NCBI GenBank assembly: GCA_965263355.1
Contig: CBDHHL010000056.1
Location: 928,001 to 992,000 of the forward strand
Direction of reading: 5' to 3'
DNA length: 64,000 nucleotides
Source of the DNA: Leptolyngbyaceae cyanobacterium
GTDB lineage: Bacteria; Cyanobacteriota; Cyanobacteriia; Phormidesmidales; Phormidesmidaceae
The notes below the pieces were generated by a model that saw only the letters and a program-made list of their open reading frames with translations, did no database searches and was not told the origin of the DNA. This document shows, one piece after another, positions 44,338 through 53,508 of the stretch (its first letter is position 1; each line of letters opens with the position of its first letter). Made by a program: the position numbers and the translations under genes.

Positions 44338-45108
44338 ATGCAGCCACTATTAACGGTCAATAACTTAAGCAAGTATTATGGTGATTTGTGCGCGTGCGAT
44401 CGCATCTCCTTTACCCTTTACCCTGGGCAAGTTCTCGGCATCATCGGCGAGTCGGGTTCTGGCAAAAGTACCCTGCTCGATAGCATTGCCGGTCATGTAC
44501 CCTTGGAAGAGGGAGAGATCACCTATTGTAATCGAGACAACAACCTAATCAATCTACGCACCCTGCCTGAACCCCGACGACGTCAGCTCATGAAAACCGA
44601 ATGGGGATTTGTCCGGCAAAACCCACGGGATGGGCTACGGATGAGAGTCACCGCTGGAGCCAACATTGGTGAACGGCTCTTGGATATTGGTCAACGCCAC
44701 TATGGCAACATTCGCACCGACGCCCTCCAATGGCTTAGAGAAGTCGAAATTCCGGCTGACCGAATCGATAATTTTCCTAGCACTTTTTCCGGTGGCATGC
44801 AACAGCGGTTACAATTAGCCCGTATCCTCGTCACTCGCCCCCGCATTGTACTGATGGACGAGCCCACTGGCGGTCTAGATGTCTCGGTCCAGGCCAGACT
44901 GTTAGACCTGCTGCGTTCCCTGGTACGCACCCTCAACCTCAGCGTAATTTTGGTCACCCATGATATTGGAGTCGTACGGCTATTGGCCCATCGGCTAATG
45001 GTGATGCAAAACGGTCAGGTCGTGGAAACCGGCCTCACCGACCAAGTATTGGATGATCCCCATCATCCGTATACTCAACAGCTTGTAAATGCCACGTTAG
45101 TTCCTTAG
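44338..45108 (+). CDS. phnK: C-P lyase ABC-type ATPase PhnK
   Basis: EWGFVRQNPRDGL, HYGNIR, GLTDQVLDDPHHPYTQ. Confidence 0.95.
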   Translation: MQPLLTVNNLSKYYGDLCACDRISFTLYPGQVLGIIGESGSGKSTLLDSIAGHVPLEEGEITYCNRDNNLINLRTLPEPRRRQLMKTEWGFVRQNPRDGLRMRVTAGANIGERLLDIGQRHYGNIRTDALQWLREVEIPADRIDNFPSTFSGGMQQRLQLARILVTRPRIVLMDEPTGGLDVSVQARLLDLLRSLVRTLNLSVILVTHDIGVVRLLAHRLMVMQNGQVVETGLTDQVLDDPHHPYTQQLVNATLVP

Positions 45109-45128
45109 TTAAACAAGCAGATTACTCC

Positions 45129-45350
45129 ATGCTTAAGCAAGCCATTAACAAATTCTGTCCCCGCTCCGGTAAATATGTTCGAGACGATGCATTAACAACC
45201 TATAGAAGTCATACAGTCGGTTTTTGTAATCCCCAATGCTGTCAAGACTTTGCCGCGAATCCAGACGCCCATTCCAGCGATCGGGCCTATTTTGACACGT
45301 TGCTTAAGGAATATGAACTGGCAACAGAAGTAGATGAATCACACCAATGA
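45129..45350 (+). CDS. Small YHS/TRASH-like Cys protein
   Basis: AINKFCPRSGK...VGFCNPQC..DF; ATGA-coupled to phnL. Confidence 0.65.
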   Translation: MLKQAINKFCPRSGKYVRDDALTTYRSHTVGFCNPQCCQDFAANPDAHSSDRAYFDTLLKEYELATEVDESHQ

Positions 45351-46078
45351 ATACAGTACAACTCTCATCCCCACCCACAACTCCCAAAAACACTACTGCC
45401 TTACTCCAGGCAGAACAACTCTACAAAAGCTTTATTCTTCACCATCAGGGTGGTATCCAACTGCCCGTTCTCACAGGTGTTTCCCTCGCCGTTGCCCCTG
45501 GCGAATGCGTGGCTCTCCAGGGACCATCCGGTTCGGGTAAGTCTACCTTTATGCGGTCCCTATATGCCAACTATCGGGTCGATAGCGGCGCTATCTGGGT
45601 AAAGCACCAGGGTACATGGGTTGATCTACCCCAGCTGGAAGCCCACCAACTGATTGAGGTGCGCCAGTATACCCTGGGATATGTCAGTCAGTTTCTGCGG
45701 GTCATCCCTCGGGTACCAGCGGTAGAAGTAGCGGCAGAACCACTGATAGAACTAGGGACTGATGCAGACACCGCCCAGGCTAAAGTGTGTGGACTCTTCT
45801 CTCGGCTTAACCTGCCAGAGCGACTGTGGGAACTGTCACCGACCACCTTTTCTGGAGGAGAAAAGCAGCGAGTGAATATTGCCCGTGCGTTTGCCGTAGA
45901 CTATCCCATTTTGCTTTTAGATGAACCTACATCTGCCCTAGACGTTGCTAACCGCGAAGTCGTGATGCAGCTGATCGAAGAACGTAAGGCTCAAGGCTGT
46001 GCCATGGTTGGTATTTTCCATGATGACGAAGTGAGAGAACGGGTATGCGATCGCACCCTCAACTTTGGACAAGCCTAA
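45347..46078 (+). CDS. phnL: C-P lyase ABC-type ATPase PhnL
   Basis: KSFILHHQGG, YVSQFLRVIPRV, GIFHD. Confidence 0.95.
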   Translation: MNTVQLSSPPTTPKNTTALLQAEQLYKSFILHHQGGIQLPVLTGVSLAVAPGECVALQGPSGSGKSTFMRSLYANYRVDSGAIWVKHQGTWVDLPQLEAHQLIEVRQYTLGYVSQFLRVIPRVPAVEVAAEPLIELGTDADTAQAKVCGLFSRLNLPERLWELSPTTFSGGEKQRVNIARAFAVDYPILLLDEPTSALDVANREVVMQLIEERKAQGCAMVGIFHDDEVRERVCDRTLNFGQA

Positions 46079-46299
46079 GCGTCTTTCAAATTTTTAGCTT
46101 GTCTGAGCCGTTAAAATCGCTACCAAAATACTCATTAGCAGTTCTACATCTGCAGGTACCCGATATAGCTCCAGATCTTGAGATTTTTTTTACTTAAATC
46201 ACATCGCAAAGGACACCATAAGTTTTAACTTGGCCGTGGTTGAATCAGAAAAATAACAGGACTCCGGCAGTTCAATTGTTTGAGCCATTCTTTTATCTC

Positions 46300-46329
46300 C
46301 TAAACCTAACGATAACGTTAACTTAACCT
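46300..46329 (+). promoter_or_regulatory. Pho box (SphR/PhoB-type) upstream of phnM
   Basis: CTAAACCT-aac-GATAACGT-taa-CTTAACCT: three 8-mers at 11-bp period matching the cyanobacterial CTTAACCT consensus. Confidence 0.7.
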
Positions 46330-46349
46330 TGATTGGATATTAGTTAGGG

Positions 46350-46361
46350 ATGTCTAGACGT
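46350..46361. promoter_or_regulatory. Second GTCTAGAC operator candidate
   Basis: ATGTCTAGACGT about 60 bp upstream of phnM. Confidence 0.55.
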
Positions 46362-46421
46362 TTTTGCGATATCTAATCGGTAGAGAAGCCCGTTTTAGCC
46401 CCATAGCCTCCCCACACGCCC

Positions 46422-47558
46422 ATGACTGAAACCATCTACACCAATTATCGCTTGCAACTCCCTGACCAGGAAGTGCTAGGCACCCTAGTCGTTGAGGATG
46501 GCCTGATTGCCGATATTCAGCCAGAAACGGTCCACCAGGGGCAAAATGGCAACGGCGACTATCTGCTGCCAGGGCTGATTGAGCTACACACCGATAATCT
46601 AGAACGGTGTATGTCGCCTCGGCCAAAAGTAAACTGGCCTCTGGATGTGGCTGCCGTCAATCACGATCGAGATTTAGCGGGGGCTGGTATCACCACGGTT
46701 TGTGACGCCATTTCCATTGGCGATATTACCCCTGGTTCTCTGCGCATGACCCAGTTTGGGCCGATGATCGATACCATTTATAACGGCCAAAACCAGGGGC
46801 GGTTTGCGGTGGACCATCGCCTACACCTGCGTTGTGAGTTGGGCTACAACCAGGTGTATGACCTGGTAGAAACCTATGCTGACCATCCGCTGCTGTCGTT
46901 AATGTCCTTGATGGATCATACGCCAGGTCAACGACAGTTTGTAAAAATTGACAAGTATAAAGAATATTATCAGGGCAAACATGGCGTGAGTGCGGAGGAA
47001 ATGGAGGGCTTTATTCGCGATCGCATCGAAGCCCAGCAGCTCCATGCCGTGGACAATCGCCGTAGGCTAGTAGAATTAGCTCAGCAGCGCGATATTTGTT
47101 TGGCCAGCCATGACGATGCCACTCCAGAGCATGTCCAAGAGGCGGTGGCAGATGGTGCGGCCATTGCCGAATTTCCCACCACCCTGGATGCGGCCAAAGA
47201 AGCCCACAGTCATGGTTTACAGGTGCTGATGGGGGCCCCTAACTTAATCCTGGGGGGCTCCCATTCTGGCAATGTGTCAGCCATGGATTTAGTCGAGCGA
47301 GAGTTAGCCGATATTATCTCCTCAGACTATGTACCCCAAAGTTTAGTTCAAGCGATATTCCTTATTGCGGAGCAGGTCCAGCTACCGCTCCACAAAGCTA
47401 TGCGTTTGTTTACCTTAAATCCAGCTAAGGCGATTGGTTTAGATTGCGATCGCGGCAGTCTGGAAGTGGGTAAACGAGCTGACATGATTACCTTGCACCA
47501 CGACGGTGTAGTACCTCGGCTCACTTCTGTTGTTAGCCAGGGCAAACGCATTGCATAG
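46422..47558 (+). CDS. phnM: Alpha-D-ribose 1-methylphosphonate 5-triphosphate diphosphatase
   Basis: PGLIELHTDNLE, MDHTPGQRQF, ASHDD, GGSHSGN, SSDY. Confidence 0.95.
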   Translation: MTETIYTNYRLQLPDQEVLGTLVVEDGLIADIQPETVHQGQNGNGDYLLPGLIELHTDNLERCMSPRPKVNWPLDVAAVNHDRDLAGAGITTVCDAISIGDITPGSLRMTQFGPMIDTIYNGQNQGRFAVDHRLHLRCELGYNQVYDLVETYADHPLLSLMSLMDHTPGQRQFVKIDKYKEYYQGKHGVSAEEMEGFIRDRIEAQQLHAVDNRRRLVELAQQRDICLASHDDATPEHVQEAVADGAAIAEFPTTLDAAKEAHSHGLQVLMGAPNLILGGSHSGNVSAMDLVERELADIISSDYVPQSLVQAIFLIAEQVQLPLHKAMRLFTLNPAKAIGLDCDRGSLEVGKRADMITLHHDGVVPRLTSVVSQGKRIA

Positions 47559-47649
47559 GTGTAAGGGAATTAGGGGGGAGTGAGAGAAGTTCCTCACCGA
47601 AACTTATTTGCTTCTCTCCCCCCTTTTCTTCGTGGCCTCGTGTAATTAG

Positions 47650-48828
47650 ATGACCAACAACATCATGACGCCCATTTCTTCAACGAAGCTCGCGTTTCAC
47701 GGAGCCCAGGTGCTCACGCCAGATGGCTGGCTAGAGGACAGTACCGTTCTGGTCGAAGACGGTAAATTTATTGCAGTTGATCAAACTACTATCCCTGATG
47801 GTTATACCGAAGTAGATAGCTCTGATCTTCAGCTATTACCTGGTCTCATTGATATTCATGGAGATGCGTTTGAGCGCATGATTGCGCCACGACCCAGTAT
47901 ATCCATGCCCTTAGATATGGCCCTGGTCGAAAATGATCAGGCCTTACTCGCTGCGGGTATCACCACATTTTTCTATTCCATTACCGATTCGTTTGAGCCA
48001 GGGTTACGCAGTCGAGCCACAGCCCGACAACTAATTGAAAAGATTACGGCCCCTGACAATTATCTCCAAACAGATAGCCGCATTCATATCCGTCATGAAC
48101 AAGCCAATACCGCCGATTATGACGAGCTATGTCACTGGTTAGACTCGCGTCAGGTAACCTTACTATCCCTCAATAATCACTTACCTGACACCCTTGAAGA
48201 ATCCAAAATTCAACGTTATGCCAGCAGTGTACGCCAACGCATTAAACAGTCTGACCAGGACATTCGCACCCTGGTAGAAACAGCCTTTACTCAATTAGAC
48301 AAAGGCTTAACTCAAACAGAAGAGCTGGTAATGCGCTGCCATCAGCTCGGTATACCGGTTGCTTCCCATGATGATGAGACCGAGGCTGATGTTGCCAAGA
48401 GTCGAGAAAGGGGTGTTGCGATCGCAGAATTTCCCGCCGCTATTCCCCTGGCCAAACAATCCCGAGCCTATGGTGCTGCCGTCCTTATGGGAGCCCCTAA
48501 CCTGGTGCGAGGAGGGTCTCACGTCGGCTACATGGGTGTGGCCGAAGCTGCCCATGCCCAAGTGCTCGACTGCCTGTGTTCCGACTACCATTATCCGTCG
48601 TTATTCCATGCCCCTTTCTTGCTAGCCGAGAAAAATTTAATGTCCTTTGAACAAGCCTGGAAATGCGTTTCTCAATACCCAGCCGAAGCCGCCAAAATCG
48701 GAGACCAAAAAGGAAAAGTCGCACCCGGCCACGACGCCGATTTTCTCTTGTTAACCCCCGACTGTCCCTTACCCAGTGCCATCCGAGCTGTGTACATCAA
48801 CGGCAACCTCGTTAAGCAATCCAGATAA
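47650..48828 (+). CDS. phnM: Second, divergent PhnM-like amidohydrolase
   Basis: PGLIDIHGDAFER, ASHDD, AEFP, GAPNLVRGGSH, CSDY. Confidence 0.85.
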   Translation: MTNNIMTPISSTKLAFHGAQVLTPDGWLEDSTVLVEDGKFIAVDQTTIPDGYTEVDSSDLQLLPGLIDIHGDAFERMIAPRPSISMPLDMALVENDQALLAAGITTFFYSITDSFEPGLRSRATARQLIEKITAPDNYLQTDSRIHIRHEQANTADYDELCHWLDSRQVTLLSLNNHLPDTLEESKIQRYASSVRQRIKQSDQDIRTLVETAFTQLDKGLTQTEELVMRCHQLGIPVASHDDETEADVAKSRERGVAIAEFPAAIPLAKQSRAYGAAVLMGAPNLVRGGSHVGYMGVAEAAHAQVLDCLCSDYHYPSLFHAPFLLAEKNLMSFEQAWKCVSQYPAEAAKIGDQKGKVAPGHDADFLLLTPDCPLPSAIRAVYINGNLVKQSR

Positions 48829-48833
48829 TCTAT

Positions 48834-48861
48834 GTACAGACGTTCCATGGAACGTCTCCAC
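48834..48861. repeat. REP-like palindrome
   Basis: Perfect 20-bp palindrome AGACGTTCCATGGAACGTCT at 48838-48857. Confidence 0.65.
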
Positions 48862-48879
48862 ACCCTACTCCTAATTCCC

Positions 48880-49437
48880 ATGACTGTAACCCTAACTCAA
48901 ATTCTCGATCTCTACCGCCACCGGGGGCAGGCCCAATATGGTGGTGAAGCCGTTAGCCAACTGGAACACGCCCTCCAGTGCGCCACCCTGGCCGAAGACA
49001 ATGGCGAATCGCCGGAATTAATTGCCGCTTGTTTACTCCATGATTTAGGTCACTTAGTGCACCATCTCGGTGATGACCCTGCTATACGTGGCATCGATGA
49101 TCGCCATGAATATCGGGCCGTTCCTGTCTTAGAAACACTGTTTCCAGAAGCGGTTACCACCCCAATTCGTTTACATGTGGCCGCCAAGCGCTATCTTTGT
49201 GCAGTGGATAAAGACTACTGGAGTTCACTCTCGCCAGCCTCTAAGCTAAGCCTGGAACTCCAGGGAGGCATATTCTCAAAGCCGATGGCAGACAAATTTA
49301 TCGATCAGCCCAATGCGCCCCAGGCCGTTAAGCTGCGTCGTTGGGATGACCTGGCCAAGATCGAAAAGCTAAAAACGCCTGACTTAGATCATTTTCAACC
49401 CATTCTCAAAGTCGCTTGTCGGGTACCCGTAGCATGA
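48880..49437 (+). CDS. PhnZ-like HD-domain phosphonate-degradation protein
   Basis: YGGEAVSQLEHALQ, LLHDLGH, LHVAAKRYL, SLELQGG, LRRWDD; start set at ATG 48880. Confidence 0.85.
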   Translation: MTVTLTQILDLYRHRGQAQYGGEAVSQLEHALQCATLAEDNGESPELIAACLLHDLGHLVHHLGDDPAIRGIDDRHEYRAVPVLETLFPEAVTTPIRLHVAAKRYLCAVDKDYWSSLSPASKLSLELQGGIFSKPMADKFIDQPNAPQAVKLRRWDDLAKIEKLKTPDLDHFQPILKVACRVPVA

Positions 49438-50264
49438 CTTTTATCGCCCAAATTAGTGACCTGCATGTCCAATTGCCCGGCAAACTCGCCTATGGCATCG
49501 TAGACACTAACCCTTTAGTCGCTGAAGCCATCGCTAGACTGAGCAGACTCAACCCTCAGCCAGATGTAGTAGTCGCATCTGGCGATCTGATTCAAGACGG
49601 TACTGTGGAGGAATATGAACTGCTAAAAGTCATGCTCTCGCCGCTACAGTGCCCTGTTTATTTAATGCCTGGCAACCATGATGATCGGGATAATCTACGA
49701 CAGGTATTTGACACTCACACCTATCTCTTTAGGGAGCGTTCTCATATCAGTTACGTTGTAGACGGCTATCCCGTTCGTATGGTTATGCTCGATAGCATCA
49801 TTCCAGGACAAGGTGGGGGCCGTATTGATGCAGAGCGTTTGGCCTGGTTAGAACAACAACTTTTAGCAGCCCCCAAAACCCCCACACTGATATTTATTCA
49901 CCATCCGCCCTTTGCCACTGGTATACCCTGGATAGACCGCAAACGGTTTCACGGTCATGGGGCACTGGCGGAGTTAATTAGCCAACATCCCCAGGTAAAG
50001 CGTATTAGCTGTGGTCACTTGCACCGTACTATTTACTGTCCCTGGGCTGGTACGGTGGCCAGTAGTCAGCCTAGCTTGGTCCACCAGAGTGCCGTAGATT
50101 TTAACCCTGACAGTTCTAGCCAGTTTGTGATGGAGCCACCAGCCTACCAACTCCATGTGTGGACCCATGAAAATTTGGTCTCTCACACCATGTATGTTGG
50201 TCAGTTTGATGGCCCCTATCGTTTTTCCAATGGCAAACTGATTGCCACAGCTGCGTTAGGTTAG
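49434..50264 (+). CDS. Calcineurin-like metallophosphoesterase (CpdA/Icc type)
   Basis: SDLH, GDL, PGNHD, HHPP, GHLH; ATGA-coupled to the HD gene. Confidence 0.88.
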   Translation: MTFIAQISDLHVQLPGKLAYGIVDTNPLVAEAIARLSRLNPQPDVVVASGDLIQDGTVEEYELLKVMLSPLQCPVYLMPGNHDDRDNLRQVFDTHTYLFRERSHISYVVDGYPVRMVMLDSIIPGQGGGRIDAERLAWLEQQLLAAPKTPTLIFIHHPPFATGIPWIDRKRFHGHGALAELISQHPQVKRISCGHLHRTIYCPWAGTVASSQPSLVHQSAVDFNPDSSSQFVMEPPAYQLHVWTHENLVSHTMYVGQFDGPYRFSNGKLIATAALG

Positions 50265-50918
50265 TTCTCTAACAATAGCCAACACATCCTGGGGTTCAGC
50301 TCGCTGGGTATAGTCTGCTTCGGCAAAGGCATAGCGAATGCGCCTGGATTGATCAATCACATAGGTAGCGGGCATGGGTAGCTCGTAGCTATCATCGCCA
50401 TTGTTAGCCGGGATATCAATGCCAAAGTTCTTGTAAATGGGCTGCAGAGACTTATCCAGGATAAAGACCAGACCATACTGGCGAGAGACTTGGTTACCCA
50501 CATCGCTGAGAACAGCAAATTCCAGGTTATGCTTCTCAGTCACACTGAGGGAATGGTCCGGCAGCTCTGGAGAAATGGCGACCAAGGTGGCACCGGCTTG
50601 CTTAAATTCAGGCAGTAGGCTCTGAAATGCCCGCAGTTCCAAATTACAATAGGGACACCATTCGCCTCGATAGAAGTTAATGATAACGGGGCCTTCTTTA
50701 AGCAATTCACTAAGACGTACGGACTTACCCGTAGCATCGGGCAGTTCAAAATCTGGCGCAATATCACCTACGGTGAGGGCCTGATTAGCAATACCTGATG
50801 CTTCCAGGGCATCTGTTGCTGCTGCCATTGTATCCTGAATGCCTTGGGGCACCTGTTGCTGGAACCCAGCACGAAATTCTGCAAGGTCATCGGCCAGGGA
50901 ATGAGTCGTTGTAGTCAT
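50256..50918 (-). CDS. AhpC/TSA peroxiredoxin-like protein
   Basis: APDFELPD, FYRGEWCPYCNLEL, LPMPATYVID. Confidence 0.9.
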   Translation of the reverse strand: MTTTTHSLADDLAEFRAGFQQQVPQGIQDTMAAATDALEASGIANQALTVGDIAPDFELPDATGKSVRLSELLKEGPVIINFYRGEWCPYCNLELRAFQSLLPEFKQAGATLVAISPELPDHSLSVTEKHNLEFAVLSDVGNQVSRQYGLVFILDKSLQPIYKNFGIDIPANNGDDSYELPMPATYVIDQSRRIRYAFAEADYTQRAEPQDVLAIVRELT

Positions 50919-51225
50919 GGAATATGCCTCTGGGGGATTAGCTTTGTTCGAGATTTTAGAACTAGCTTATTGACCAAAGATGAGAGCCCGCTGAGAAATG
51001 TCAATTAATCCCACTATTGGTCCGTCCAGCCTAAGATTTTGGCTTGGGTATGTAAAGAGTCAAGAGTTTAACGGCTAGCATAGTGAGTTCATTCTGCGGC
51101 CATAGCCGCATTGATGTTGGTATGAAAGATAATGCTCAGATTCAGCTTGAGAATAAAACCTAAAGTATCTGGGCGCGGCGATCAAAAATCACTAGCCAGC
51201 CATGGAAATCCACGCTAAATTTGTT

Positions 51226-51410
51226 TTATGTGTCATCTTGCAACAAAGATTTGGCCTGAACAACAAATTGAGTCGCCAGCTCAAGTGCTTGTTTAGCTGA
51301 GGGCTCGGTAACATGAGCGGTCTCACCATAGTCTTTTAGCCAACGTAGTGACCTGAAGAGCGGCATCTGAATCTTTCTAAGTTGGCTTGAATTTCATCGG
51401 GATAGTTCAC
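51226..51410 (-). pseudogene. HEPN-domain gene remnant (frameshifted and internally deleted)
   Basis: GTG overlaps the MNT stop (GTGA). N-terminus MNYPDEIQANLER and, in another frame, C-terminus DYGETAHVTEPSAKQALELATQFV...; the central part is missing. Confidence 0.6.
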
Positions 51411-51763
51411 AGTTTTATCCCTTCTCGATGAATGTTTCGGTATAGCTGATTAGTCCCGGCCATAAATTTATCGGTTTCGGCTGGGCTGGCGGAAATCCAG
51501 TGACTGGCCTCTAGCTGCAGGGGATACAGTAGGTCCACAATGGTTCTAAGCTCCTGGCCATAGTCAAAGGGACCGGGCAGTACAACCAGTAAGTCAAGAT
51601 CACTGTTGGGGGTAAGTTCTTGTCTAGCAGCGGAACCGTAGAGAATTAGTTCGTTAAGACGCTGTTGATAATGCTGCTCAAGAATTTCTTTGCATCGCCT
51701 TACGACTTCTTGAATTTCTGAGGGTAAAGGGTTAATACCTTCTGCCATATCATTTTGGTTCAT
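51407..51763 (-). CDS. Minimal nucleotidyltransferase (MNT antitoxin-type)
   Basis: LYGSAARQELTPNSDLDLLV (GSx10DxD); ends LYRNIHREG. Confidence 0.88.
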   Translation of the reverse strand: MNQNDMAEGINPLPSEIQEVVRRCKEILEQHYQQRLNELILYGSAARQELTPNSDLDLLVVLPGPFDYGQELRTIVDLLYPLQLEASHWISASPAETDKFMAGTNQLYRNIHREGIKL

Positions 51764-51849
51764 GAAATTGACAAGAACTCAATTTTGCAAGTGGATTGAA
51801 AGGGCTAAACGTCTACAAATACTATAAGCGGGCAGCTTTCTATAGTTTA

Positions 51850-52146
51850 CTAACGAGGTAAATATTTCACCAAAGCCCGCATGGATTCGTGGGGTTGGGG
51901 CTGGATGGGGCGATCGGTGGGTAGGAATTGGGTCCATTCAAAAGGTTCGGCGAAGTGGAGATGGTGGAGGCTGTGGATGATGGTGTTGACGGCGGTCTGG
52001 GAACCGATAATAAGGATTTTGACGGGTTCGCGATCGTGCTTGGGAACTGAATAGAGCCGAAGGGCTGTTTCAGGGGAAATAGCAGGATTAGGCAAGGCTA
52101 TAAAGCTTTGGAGTTGCATAGTTAACATGTATACCCAATGGTTCAC
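51850..52146 (-). CDS. Hypothetical protein divergent from the XRE gene (true start may be ATG 52119)
   Basis: REPVKILIIGS...IHSLHHLHFAEPFEW pattern; no function known to me. Confidence 0.55.
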   Translation of the reverse strand: MNHWVYMLTMQLQSFIALPNPAISPETALRLYSVPKHDREPVKILIIGSQTAVNTIIHSLHHLHFAEPFEWTQFLPTDRPIQPQPHESMRALVKYLPR

Positions 52147-52194
52147 GCTTTTAATTTAGTTGCCCATTGGGTATACGTCAACTAGTTGGTATAC
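52129..52194. promoter_or_regulatory. Operator-like inverted repeats in the divergent promoter
   Basis: GTATACCCAATGG (52129-52141) and CCATTGGGTATAC (52164-52176) form a perfect 13-bp IR; also CAACTAGTTG and a third TTGGTATAC. Confidence 0.65.
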
Positions 52195-52230
52195 TTTTGT
52201 GGTGGATGATCCTCTGACACGATGTGTGTC

Positions 52231-52470
52231 ATGGGAAAAGCTGGACGCGTTTTGAAGCAGGTTCTGGAAACCTACGATATTAGTCAATACAGCCTCGCTG
52301 CCACGTTGGGTATCGAGCGGACTAATGTGTATCGTTGGGTGCACGAGAGGCGGGATCCGACGTCTGAGACGTTGGTGGATATTGTTAAGGCGTTACGGAC
52401 ACTTAACTCAGAGGCAGCTGAGATATTTGTGCAGAAGTATTTAGGGGATGTGGCCCAAGGATTGGACTAA
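52231..52470 (+). CDS. XRE/Cro-family HTH transcriptional regulator
   Basis: MGKAGRVLKQVLETYDISQYSLAATLGIERTNVYRWVHERRDP. Confidence 0.85.
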   Translation: MGKAGRVLKQVLETYDISQYSLAATLGIERTNVYRWVHERRDPTSETLVDIVKALRTLNSEAAEIFVQKYLGDVAQGLD

Positions 52471-52504
52471 ATTTCAACAGATAGGTAAGTTTGGAAAGAA
52501 TCTC

Positions 52505-53362
52505 TCATTCTTGATAGCGGTTGTACAAAGTTTGAATTTGTGAATATATCTTTTCTCTTACACTCTCTGGACCAATCACTTCACAGTCTCCGCCATAGGG
52601 GAGTACTTCTCGTATAAACCAAAAGGTACTGGTAATTTGTCGGATCACCTGGCGTACCTGGGGTTTATCGGGTAACCATTCCACTGAGATATCTCTGCTT
52701 TTTTTACTTCGGTAGGCAAAGGCAAGACCTTTGTATAAGTGCATTTCCACCTTGAGGGTATCTAAATCATCGCGCCAGGGGCCTTTAATGGCGCTGATAG
52801 CGGCATCGGTAATGCGATCTAGTCGTAGGGTGCGGTTATGAATGAGTTCAGGGACATCTTGGGAGCCTTCGGTTTCTTCGCACCAGCAGTCGAGATACTG
52901 CCGTTCGTCTCTGGGGACGATACGGGCATGGCGGATGGTGAAGTGCCAGATGATGTCTCGGGCGTCTTGATAGGAGAGTTGAAACGGCTGCTGACGATTT
53001 ATGTAACGTTCGATATCGATGCGCCAGGGATGTACGTGACTGGTTACGAATTGTTCTAGTTCGTTACGCAGGGGTATGGTGAGTTCGCTACGGCTACACA
53101 ATAGCTGTGTAATCGTGATGGCATCTGCGATTTTGCCTGCATCGACCAGGGTCAGGCGGGCTTGGTTGAGGGCTTCGATGCGTTCCGAGGACCAGTCATG
53201 GTTAGGGGCAATTTTAAGGTCTTTGCGGGCGATGGCTTCGACGAGTTTGGAGATGTTAGGGCGCTCCCCCCAGGTCATGTTGTATTCGAGCGCGAGTGCT
53301 TCGAGCAGCGCTTTGTCGCGTTCTGAAATAGAAAGGGTAACAGATTGGCCTCGACGTCCCAT
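52505..53362 (-). CDS. WYL-domain regulator of the type I-D locus (Sll7009-like)
   Basis: N-terminal GQSVTLS..PNISKLVEAIAR, QYLDCWCEE, RTLRLDRI, WCX-like C-terminus; divergent from the cas genes. Confidence 0.85.
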   Translation of the reverse strand: MGRRGQSVTLSISERDKALLEALALEYNMTWGERPNISKLVEAIARKDLKIAPNHDWSSERIEALNQARLTLVDAGKIADAITITQLLCSRSELTIPLRNELEQFVTSHVHPWRIDIERYINRQQPFQLSYQDARDIIWHFTIRHARIVPRDERQYLDCWCEETEGSQDVPELIHNRTLRLDRITDAAISAIKGPWRDDLDTLKVEMHLYKGLAFAYRSKKSRDISVEWLPDKPQVRQVIRQITSTFWFIREVLPYGGDCEVIGPESVREKIYSQIQTLYNRYQE

Positions 53363-53508
53363 GGGGTTACTACTTTGGTCTAGAACTTATACTTTTACCT
53401 GGCTTGTACGTACACTTTAATCTAAAATGAGTTTATTTAGCCTTGACTGTCCAAATTATCGATGACAGTATAGGTATATTCAAGTCGTCAAGTACAGTTT
53501 ATAGACTT

